24,000 bases of DNA. Origin: Geminicoccaceae bacterium. GTDB lineage: Bacteria; Pseudomonadota; Alphaproteobacteria; Geminicoccales; Geminicoccaceae. The stretch spans positions 11,112 to 35,111 of the forward strand of contig JBPCVQ010000118.1 in NCBI GenBank assembly GCA_051010395.1, written 5' to 3'. The notes under the pieces were generated by a model, which did not search any database, had not been told where the DNA came from, and worked only from the letters and a program-made list of their open reading frames with translations. Of this stretch, positions 1-7,347 are shown piece by piece (within the stretch, counting starts at the first letter, position 1; every line of letters starts with the position of its first letter). Made by a program: the position numbers and the translations under genes.

Positions 1-1669
1 AGTTGCGTTGTTGAGCGGCTGCCAGTATGTGCCCAATTGGGTTTGGAGCTCAGAAAGCGCACGCCCTGCCGCTGGCAAGGCTGGGGATCTGGCTTGGACA
101 ACCTACGGCGGCGATCAAGGTCAAAAGCGGTTTGTCGACAATGACCAAATCAACGTCGGCAATGTCGCTGATCTCAAGCTCAAATGGATTCATCAGACCA
201 GCGTGGTCGGGAGCTACCAGGCGACCCCGATCGTCGACGACGGCGTCATGTACGTTACGGCGCCTTACAATCACGTCTTCGCCATTGACGCCGCTACCGG
301 CGAAGAGCTTTGGCACTATCAGCACAAGCTAGGTGTGACCACATTGTGTTGCGGGCCGAACAATCGCGGCGTCGTCCTGCGCGGCGAGCTCGTCTACATG
401 GCCACGCTTGATGCGAAGCTCGTGGCGCTCGACAAGCAAAGCGGCGATCTCGTCTGGGAAACGGTGATCGCCGACCCCGAACTCGGCTATCCCGAAACCC
501 ATGCACCTGCCGTTTTTGAGGACAAGATCATTGTCGGGATCTCCGGCGCTGAATTTGGCATTCGAGGCTTCATCGATGCCTATGACGCCGATACCGGCGA
601 GCAGCTTTGGCGCTGGCATACCATCCCGGCGCCGGACGAAGTCCAGCCGGACGGCACGCGTGGCTGGGCCGGTGTCTTTGCCGAGAAGGCTGATGGCATC
701 AATTCACTGAGGCGCAATGTTGCGGAGGAAAAGACAGCACTCGCCTCCGGCGCATTCGACGATGCCTGGAAGATCGGCGGTGGATCCGTCTGGATGACGC
801 CATCGATCGATGACGAGAGAGGATGGGTCATTGCTACCACGGGCAATCCATCGCCTGATCTCGATGCCTCCGTCCGCCCCGGAGACAATCGCTGGACGAA
901 CTCGCTGGTCGCCGTCGATGCGCGCAGCGGTGAAATGATTTGGGGCTATCAATATGTCCCGCATGACGCCTGGGATTTCGATGCTGCATCGCCACCGATC
1001 CTTGCAGAGGTCGAAGATGAGAACGGCAAGCTCGTCGACGGCGTCGTGCATGCCGGCAAAACCGGCTGGGTCTATGTTCACGACCTCGAAACCGGCCGTC
1101 TCATTCGTCGTTCCAAGCCGCTGGTGCGCCATGAGAACCTCTTTGGCCGACCAACGCCCGAAGACGGAACGCGTATGCTGCCAGGGGCCAATGGCGGCGT
1201 CGGCTGGTCCCCTGGCGCCTTCAATCCGAAAACCCGGATGGCCTATTATGCCGCTATCGATCAGCCCATGAGCTTCGTCTCGCAGCGCACGGACTGGCAG
1301 GCCGGTCGACTTTACCTAAGCGGCGCCTTCGTGGCTCTGCCGGAAGAGGATCAGTGGGGCAATGTCTCTGCCGTCGATGTCGATACCGGAGCGATCGTCT
1401 GGCAGACACGAACCGATCAACCTCTCCTCGGCGGTGCTTTGACGACGGCGGGCAGGCTGGTTTTCGTCGGCGAAGGCAATGGCCTCTTCAAAGCCTATGA
1501 TGCCGAAACCGGCGAAGAGCTCTGGCGCTTTCAAGGCGGCGCGGGCATCAACGCTGCGCCGATGGCCTTCGAGGTCAATGGAAAGCTGCACATTGCCGTC
1601 GCTGCGGGAGGAAATTTCCAGTTCGACTACAAACGTGGTGATGCGTTGCTGGTTTTCGGGCTCGACTGA
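1..1669 (+). CDS. PQQ-dependent dehydrogenase, methanol/ethanol (quinoprotein ADH) family; 5' end lies outside the window
   Basis: The frame-2 ORF is open to the left edge. Bases 2-25 read VALLSGCQ, so the TTG at 8 in the track is not the true start. Family hallmarks: vicinal Cys pair TTLCCGPNNRG (tgt tgc at 347-352), SGAEFGIRG, TTGNPSP, HDAWDFD catalytic-Asp motif (971-982), and beta-propeller-like repeated G/W pattern. Stop TGA at 1667-1669. Confidence 0.85.
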   Translation, partial: VALLSGCQYVPNWVWSSESARPAAGKAGDLAWTTYGGDQGQKRFVDNDQINVGNVADLKLKWIHQTSVVGSYQATPIVDDGVMYVTAPYNHVFAIDAATGEELWHYQHKLGVTTLCCGPNNRGVVLRGELVYMATLDAKLVALDKQSGDLVWETVIADPELGYPETHAPAVFEDKIIVGISGAEFGIRGFIDAYDADTGEQLWRWHTIPAPDEVQPDGTRGWAGVFAEKADGINSLRRNVAEEKTALASGAFDDAWKIGGGSVWMTPSIDDERGWVIATTGNPSPDLDASVRPGDNRWTNSLVAVDARSGEMIWGYQYVPHDAWDFDAASPPILAEVEDENGKLVDGVVHAGKTGWVYVHDLETGRLIRRSKPLVRHENLFGRPTPEDGTRMLPGANGGVGWSPGAFNPKTRMAYYAAIDQPMSFVSQRTDWQAGRLYLSGAFVALPEEDQWGNVSAVDVDTGAIVWQTRTDQPLLGGALTTAGRLVFVGEGNGLFKAYDAETGEELWRFQGGAGINAAPMAFEVNGKLHIAVAAGGNFQFDYKRGDALLVFGLD

Positions 1670-1751
1670 AGACTGTTTTCCGATCATGCCCTCGACCACC
1701 CGTGCAAGGGTAACTTTGAGGGTGTGATCGGGAGGGGCTGAAGATCACCCG

Positions 1752-3269
1752 TCAGGCGTCATCGTCCCGCACGATTCCGGACGAGTCGCGATTTTGAACC
1801 TTGGCGCGGGATGGGTCGGGGCTGATGAACAAGTGGATGGTTTCATCCTGTTCGACCTTGCTGTCGTCGATCAAGGGTATATCAACGCTGAGAGATGTCT
1901 GGCCGGGCTCGAAAATCTGCACACCGCTTCTTTTCTCGTAGTCCTGCCCGGATTTCGCGGTGCCATCGACTGACGCGTAAACGATCACAAGCTGCTCGCT
2001 CGGCGCGCGCGACAGATTGACTTCGAAGCGCATGGCCTCGTCGCCTTCGCTCGCAGGCAGGGCGGCCACCTGCACGGTGATGACCTCGGTATCATCCGGC
2101 ACAAGCTCTGCGATAGGTATGAACTCGCCATTCAGATCAACATTATCCTCCGATTGATCTGACGTCGTTCCTTCCGCGACGGCGACGTCCGCGTCTGCCT
2201 GTTTCGTTCCCGTGCGGCCAGTGTTCGAGGAGCGGCGGGGGAGGGTGCGGACACGGATCTCGGGCGTATTTTCGTCATCCGAGTGCGCCGCCGCCGTTTC
2301 AGTTTTCGGCGCTTCGGCTACCGGCGCTGGCGGTTGTTCCGCATCGGCCACCAAGGTTGGTGCCGGATCTGCGGGTACGATGTTTTCGCGGGCGATAATG
2401 CTACGCTCTCCCGACTGAAGTCGATAGGTTCCGTCAGTCCAATCGACCAATTGACCCGCAACGACATCGCCCTCCGGCGTTGCAATTTGCAGGTCCGTGA
2501 TATCGGTCAGCTTGATGCGATTGCTGCCCCGTGCCCCGCGACGCACGGTGACAAATCGATCGTCGATGTCGACGATGTAGCCAGCAAGCTGCTTGCCGTT
2601 TCTGAGGCGAATGACCGGCGTATCGGCTATTTCAACATCTCGGGTCGAGATCTTTTCAGCCGCCGAACTCCCGCGAGCCTCGCTTAGGCGTGCCACACTT
2701 ATGATCTGCCCCTGTTTTACGGCCAGGCGGTAGTCGTTAGCGTGGATATCGAAGATGCCGTTGTCCCAACCTAAGAGTTTGCCCGCAATGACGCCTCCGT
2801 CTCGGCTCTCGATACGCGCCTCCTTCAAATGGTCTATGTCCACTCTAAAGGTGCGAACGCCCCGCCGTATGAGGATGCTGTCGGCGGTTGCGCCCACGAT
2901 GCTGCCGATGAAAGCTTGTCCGCTGTGGAGAAGAAGTGTCGTCGGCCTTGCCATCGGTATGCGGCTGTCCTTCCCCAGGGACGTCGCTAAATCGTCTGAG
3001 CCCGAGCGGTTCCACCAAACTGAACCTTCTGGAGCATCGGGGATCACGAGCACGACGCCTGTCGCGACCAGATCGCCACCATCGAAGACCTGGTCTCGAT
3101 TGGCCCTGTAGATCAGACGCCAGCCTTCGAGATGCCCGTAGAATCGTTTCGCCAGCTCCGAGAGCGTGTCGCCGCGTTGCACCGTGTAACGCTGATCAGC
3201 CTGTACACCCGTCCCAAGGCCGGCAATCAATAGTGCGGGGATCGCCAGATTTCGTAGCCGCATGTTCAT
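1752..3269 (-). CDS. Secreted LysM domain protein with two internal ~80-aa repeats and a C-terminal Calx-beta-like domain
   Basis: ATG at 3269. Signal peptide MNMRLRNLAIPALLIAGLGTGVQA. LysM motif YTVQRGDTLSELAKRFYG..LIYRANRDQV (aa ~27-77). Tandem repeats at aa 112-192 and 220-298. Pro/Ala/acidic linker. C-terminal segment VIVYASVDGTAKSGQDYEKRSGVQIFEPGQTSLSVDIPLIDDSKVEQDETIHLFI is typical of Calx-beta. Confidence 0.8.
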   Translation of the reverse strand: MNMRLRNLAIPALLIAGLGTGVQADQRYTVQRGDTLSELAKRFYGHLEGWRLIYRANRDQVFDGGDLVATGVVLVIPDAPEGSVWWNRSGSDDLATSLGKDSRIPMARPTTLLLHSGQAFIGSIVGATADSILIRRGVRTFRVDIDHLKEARIESRDGGVIAGKLLGWDNGIFDIHANDYRLAVKQGQIISVARLSEARGSSAAEKISTRDVEIADTPVIRLRNGKQLAGYIVDIDDRFVTVRRGARGSNRIKLTDITDLQIATPEGDVVAGQLVDWTDGTYRLQSGERSIIARENIVPADPAPTLVADAEQPPAPVAEAPKTETAAAHSDDENTPEIRVRTLPRRSSNTGRTGTKQADADVAVAEGTTSDQSEDNVDLNGEFIPIAELVPDDTEVITVQVAALPASEGDEAMRFEVNLSRAPSEQLVIVYASVDGTAKSGQDYEKRSGVQIFEPGQTSLSVDIPLIDDSKVEQDETIHLFISPDPSRAKVQNRDSSGIVRDDDA

Positions 3270-3654
3270 TTTTCCGATGGCTCTTTGACCGACTGAGATC
3301 TTGTGTGTGCCAAAAATGGTGGCAGAACAAGTGCATCGACTGACATCATGTATGTTTGGTGAGGTCAGTTACAAAAAAGTGACGCCATAAGCTCCTGATC
3401 AGGAACCTTGGCCGTCGGCGATCGCGGAGATGCAAAGGCGTCGTACTCGCGTAGGCAACCCGGCCTCCGCGCACTTTGCCAGGGCAGGCGGACAAGTTCC
3501 TGGCGAGATGTTTTCTTACCGCATTTGAACGGGCTCTCAGAGTTTTCTGGTACGGATGATGGCGCCGTTATGGCTGAAGCGTTTGACCAAAGCGTGGCCT
3601 TCTATCAGACAAATTGTTTTCCCGACACTTCGATCCACATCGTCGATAACCGTA

Positions 3655-3683
3655 TTGACAGCCAGGCTGCAAAGCTTAATAGT
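3655..3683 (+). promoter_or_regulatory. Candidate sigma70-type promoter for the ROK-M20-ABC locus
   Basis: TTGACA (3655-3660), a 17-nt spacer, then AATAGT (3678-3683). It lies about 33 nt upstream of the ROK ATG at 3716. Pattern match only. Confidence 0.3.
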
Positions 3684-3705
3684 TCGGTTGATGAACGAAT
3701 TAATA
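3676..3705. promoter_or_regulatory. AT-rich imperfect inverted repeat (candidate operator) overlapping the -10 element
   Basis: TTAATAGTTCG (3676-3686), 9-nt spacer, CGAATTAATA (3696-3705). Eight of 10 positions are complementary. It sits between the putative -10 and the AGGAA Shine-Dalgarno of the ROK gene. Confidence 0.3.
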
Positions 3706-3715
3706 CAGGAACGCC

Positions 3716-4927
3716 ATGAGCGGCAAGATACAGATCTCGCGTCACTTTTCGTTGCGCTCGGTGATGGAAGCTATCATTCACCAGGGGCCGATCTCACGTG
3801 CAAGCATCGCCAAGCAGACCGGGCTCTCCAAACAGACGATCTCCGAGATCGTTCGCGATTTGGAAGCTGATGGCCTCGTGTCGGTGACTGGTCGGACGAG
3901 CGGCCATGTGGGCAGGACCGCCGTCACTTATAAGATTGTCCCCGAAGCGGGATATATCGTCGCCGTCGATCTTGGCGGAACCAAAGCCCGCGTCGCGATT
4001 GCCGATCTTTCCTGTCAGATACTTTCGGAGGAAGTAGCGCCCACCGATCACCGCGGCGGCCATGAACTCATCGCTCAGATCGCATCGTTGAGCCTGGCCA
4101 TGACCAAAAAGCTGCGCATTCCCAAAAAGCGCTTGAAGCTCGCTGTTTTGGGGGTGCCGGGTGTGCCCGGCGATGAGGGCGACGTGCTAATGGCACCCAA
4201 TATTCGAGGGTTCGATCAGATCAATGTTGCTGACGCCCTCGGCCAGCAACTTGGCATTGATGTTATCGTCGAGAACGACGTCAATCTTGCAGCCTTTGGC
4301 GAACGTTGGTTGGGACACGGCCAAGGCGTTGACGATCTTGCTTTCATTGCGCTTGGAACCGGGATCGGGGCTGGTCTCATGCTGGGCGGCGAGCTCGTGC
4401 GCGGCAAAACTGGAGCCGCAGGCGAGATTGGTTATCTGCCGTTTGGCGCTGATCCGTTTGAGCCGGAATCACGGCGGGCGGGCGCTCTCGAACGGGCGGT
4501 CGGAACCAGCGGGATCATGGGCCGTTACAGAGCCTTGGCTGGCGTGAAGAAAACCGTGCCCGAGATTTTTGATCTCGCTGAGGAGGCGGACCAGGCCGCC
4601 CTACAAGTTCTCGACGAAACCGCCAGAGACCTCTGCCGGTGCATCCATGCAGTCTGTTCGGTGATCGACCCTGAGTTGGTTGTCCTCGGTGGATCGATCG
4701 GCCAGCGCGTCGAACTCGTTTCGCGGGTTCGAGCCCTCATGCCGCTTTGTCGCACAACGCCCATTCAGATCGAAGCAAGCTTGCTGAATGCTCGCGCATC
4801 ACTGATCGGTGCGGCCGCCATTGGCCTCAACTACCTGCACAATAGTCTGTTCGGTACTGAAGCACCGACCGGCCATATCTCCCTGCCATCGATGCGTACA
4901 TCAATGGCCTCGGAGGCGACGGAATGA
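3716..4927 (+). CDS. ROK-family transcriptional regulator (NagC/XylR-like)
   Basis: ATG at 3716 preceded by AGGAA. N-terminal winged-HTH segment ISRASIAKQTGLSKQTISEIVRDLEADGLV. ROK/sugar-kinase-fold motifs VDLGGTK, ENDVNLAAFGE and GAAGEIG. The stop overlaps the next start (ATGA at 4924-4927). Confidence 0.85.
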   Translation: MSGKIQISRHFSLRSVMEAIIHQGPISRASIAKQTGLSKQTISEIVRDLEADGLVSVTGRTSGHVGRTAVTYKIVPEAGYIVAVDLGGTKARVAIADLSCQILSEEVAPTDHRGGHELIAQIASLSLAMTKKLRIPKKRLKLAVLGVPGVPGDEGDVLMAPNIRGFDQINVADALGQQLGIDVIVENDVNLAAFGERWLGHGQGVDDLAFIALGTGIGAGLMLGGELVRGKTGAAGEIGYLPFGADPFEPESRRAGALERAVGTSGIMGRYRALAGVKKTVPEIFDLAEEADQAALQVLDETARDLCRCIHAVCSVIDPELVVLGGSIGQRVELVSRVRALMPLCRTTPIQIEASLLNARASLIGAAAIGLNYLHNSLFGTEAPTGHISLPSMRTSMASEATE

Positions 4928-6186
4928 CATTTGATCATGATCTGATCTCAAGATTGCGCAGCCTGCTAGATGATGAGGTCGCGGTTGATCTATTGCGACA
5001 GGCTATCGGCTGCGAGAGCATCACCGGCAATGAAGCAAACTTCGTGACGTTTCTCGAGGCAGAGATGGCAGGCCTTGGGCTGGCATCACTCGAGAAGAAG
5101 GATTTTCTTCCGGGCAGGCCGAATATATGGGGTACGCGCAGAGGCCGTGGCAACGGCCGGCACCTCATGTTCATGGGACATACCGATACGGTGCATGTAG
5201 ACGGCTGGGCGGAGAAATGGGCGGGCACGGCACGCGCAGATCCATTCGGTGCTGCGCAGATCAACGGCAGTATCTGGGGGCGTGGTGCGGGTGATCTGAA
5301 GGCCGGGATTTCCGCCAGCCTGATGGCACTCAAGCTGCTCGACCAGGCCGGCATCGCGCTCGAAGGTGATGTCAGCTTTGCTTTTGTCGGTGATGAGGAA
5401 AGCGGCTTGCCCGGCACCGGCGTCAGTGCCGGGGTGAAACAATTTTCGCAGTTGGCGAAATCCGGCCTCGCACCGAAGCCGGATTTCGCCATCTATGTCG
5501 AGCCGACCAAACTTGCGGTCTATCCGGCGCAGATCGGCTTTTTCATCGCCGACGTCGAGATCACCGGCAAGACCGCCTATTTCGGCGTGCCGGAACTTGG
5601 GCGCGATGCGCTGAAGGCCGCGCACAAAATCCTGTCCGCATTGTGGGCCCATTCCGATGAACTCGGTCGCATGGCTGAGCATGACCTTGTCGGCAGGTCG
5701 TTCCTCCTTGTGACCGAAATCAAAGCCGGCGGCTATATCGCAGTTCCCGGTGGCTGTTCCCTGTCATTGATCCGCAAGCTGCGTCCCGGTGAAGATCTCG
5801 ATGATGCGGCCGGCGCCATGGAAACGGTGATCCGTGCGGCTGTTGATGATCCTGAGGTCACGGTGGAGATCGCCTATCCGGCCGGACGCGATCATCGCTT
5901 GGGCGGGTCGCCGGTCGCGATCGATCCGAACCTGCCGGAGGTCGCTAATCTCAGTGCCTGCCTTGATGCAACGCTTGATGGACGTGGCAAGATCGAAGGG
6001 GCGCCTTTCTGGTCGGAAACATCGTTCTTGATCAATGAGATCGGATGCCCCGCGGTCTATTGCGCGCCGGGAGACATCACGAACTGTCACACATTGGAGG
6101 AACGGGTCAGCGTCGAGGAGTATCTGGCTGGAATCGTTGCCTTTGGCGCCTTCATGGCGAACTACTGCGGCATTGCCGAGGGCTGA
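4924..6186 (+). CDS. M20-family metallohydrolase (ArgE/DapE/ACY1/CPG2-like amidohydrolase)
   Basis: ATG at 4924 with GGAGG 7 nt upstream. M20 metal and catalytic motifs are present: GHTDTV, GRGAGDLKAG, GDEESG and the C-terminal NCHTLEE. Confidence 0.85.
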   Translation: MTFDHDLISRLRSLLDDEVAVDLLRQAIGCESITGNEANFVTFLEAEMAGLGLASLEKKDFLPGRPNIWGTRRGRGNGRHLMFMGHTDTVHVDGWAEKWAGTARADPFGAAQINGSIWGRGAGDLKAGISASLMALKLLDQAGIALEGDVSFAFVGDEESGLPGTGVSAGVKQFSQLAKSGLAPKPDFAIYVEPTKLAVYPAQIGFFIADVEITGKTAYFGVPELGRDALKAAHKILSALWAHSDELGRMAEHDLVGRSFLLVTEIKAGGYIAVPGGCSLSLIRKLRPGEDLDDAAGAMETVIRAAVDDPEVTVEIAYPAGRDHRLGGSPVAIDPNLPEVANLSACLDATLDGRGKIEGAPFWSETSFLINEIGCPAVYCAPGDITNCHTLEERVSVEEYLAGIVAFGAFMANYCGIAEG

Positions 6187-6215
6187 CAAACAACAACAAC
6201 CAAGGGAGATTTATC

Positions 6216-7286
6216 ATGCGAGCCAAGACAATCTTCAAAGCTTCGAGCACCGCATTTTTTGCCCTGGCTCTGGCTCAGACGGCGCCTGCTTTGGCCGAAA
6301 CGGTCGGACCGAACGGTGAAAGCGCCGTACCGTCCAGTAATGTCGTCGTTTCGGACGATGGCGCCGCCACGCTCAAGGAAGGTGGTCACAAAGCCGCGCT
6401 TCTCTGGCACACCTCGGCCGATTTCGTGAATGCGGTGACCGCAGGCGCGACCGATGAATTCGAGCGTCTCGGCATCGAGGTGGTCGCAACCACGGATGCC
6501 GGCTTCGATGCGGCCAAGCAAAAAAGCGACGCCGAGACGGTGATGGCGCAGGAGCCGAGCATCATCCTCACACTACCCCTCGATCCGGTGACCTCGGCGG
6601 AGGCCTTCCGCGAGGCGAGGGAGGCAGGCGTCAAGCTGGTGTTTCTTTCCAACCTGCCGAAAGACTATCAACACGGCGCCGATTATGCGGCGATCGTGAC
6701 CGACGATCTCTTCCAGATGGGCAAACAGGCGGCCGATGCGCTTGCGGAGGCCATCGGCGGGAAAGGTGAGGTTGCCTGGATCTTCCACGATGCCGACTAC
6801 TACGTGACCAACCAGCGAGACAACGCGTTCAAAGCCACGATCGAGAACGACTATCCGGATATCTCGATCGCGGCCGAGCAGGGCATCAGCGATCCCGCCC
6901 GCGCCGAGGAGATCGCGAACGCGCTTCTGACCCGGAACCCGGATCTCGACGGGATTTATGTGACCTGGGCCGGACCCGCCGAAGGCGTGCTCGCGACCTT
7001 GCGCGCTAACGGCAATAGCGACACCAAGATCGTCACCCTCGATCTCAGCGAGCCGATCGCCCTCGATATGGTCAAGGATGGCAATGTCGCGGCGATCGTT
7101 GCCGACAAGGCCTATGAGCTCGGCCGGGCGATGGCAGCGGCCGGCGCCAAGGCGCTGCTCGGCGAGGAGGTGCCGCCCTTCGTCATCGCACCCGCCATCA
7201 CCGTCACCAAAGCCAATGTGGCCGAGGGCTGGCAGGACTCGTTGAACCGGGACGCACCTGCGAGCGTACTCGACGCCGCCCAATAG
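6216..7286 (+). CDS. Sugar-type (RbsB/PBP type I-like) ABC transporter periplasmic substrate-binding protein
   Basis: I chose the internal ATG at 6216, which has AGGGAGA 6 nt upstream. The 57 upstream codons of the track ORF overlap the M20 gene and look non-coding. Signal peptide MRAKTIFKASSTAFFALALAQTAPALA. The body resembles ribose/fructose-type binding proteins. Confidence 0.85.
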   Translation: MRAKTIFKASSTAFFALALAQTAPALAETVGPNGESAVPSSNVVVSDDGAATLKEGGHKAALLWHTSADFVNAVTAGATDEFERLGIEVVATTDAGFDAAKQKSDAETVMAQEPSIILTLPLDPVTSAEAFREAREAGVKLVFLSNLPKDYQHGADYAAIVTDDLFQMGKQAADALAEAIGGKGEVAWIFHDADYYVTNQRDNAFKATIENDYPDISIAAEQGISDPARAEEIANALLTRNPDLDGIYVTWAGPAEGVLATLRANGNSDTKIVTLDLSEPIALDMVKDGNVAAIVADKAYELGRAMAAAGAKALLGEEVPPFVIAPAITVTKANVAEGWQDSLNRDAPASVLDAAQ

Positions 7287-7296
7287 CGTCCAACGC

Positions 7297-7326
7297 GCCT
7301 CGGGGTCGCCTTGGCGGTCCCGGGGC
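7297..7326 (+). promoter_or_regulatory. GC-rich stem-loop between the binding-protein and permease genes
   Basis: GCCTCGGGGTCGC / cttg / GCGGTCCCGGGGC. Bases 7297-7309 pair with 7314-7326: 13 bp (10 Watson-Crick plus 3 G-U) with a 4-nt loop. No U-tract follows. It starts 11 nt after the SBP stop and ends 21 nt before the permease ATG. Confidence 0.5.
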
Positions 7327-7347
7327 CAACAAGGGCTCCGCCGGACG

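Noticed and set aside
1724-1748. A possible bidirectional terminator between the convergent PQQ dehydrogenase and LysM genes (GTGATC-N13-GATCAC).
   Set aside because: The stem is only 6 bp with a 13-nt loop and no flanking T/A tracts. This is too weak to call a terminator.
3408-3870. Intergenic ORFs 3408-3719 (103 aa) and 3556-3870 (104 aa), and a 32-codon ORF starting at 3430.
   Set aside because: They have no usable ribosome-binding-site spacing; the GGAG at 3426-3429 abuts the ATG at 3430. They have no recognisable motifs. Two of them run across the well-supported ROK start in other frames. I treat them as non-coding.
6187-6215. A CAA-rich run (acaaacaacaacaaccaa) upstream of the SBP gene, which might be a repeat or translational enhancer.
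   Set aside because: It is a very short tract immediately 5' of a normal Shine-Dalgarno sequence. This is not enough to call a repeat or regulatory element.
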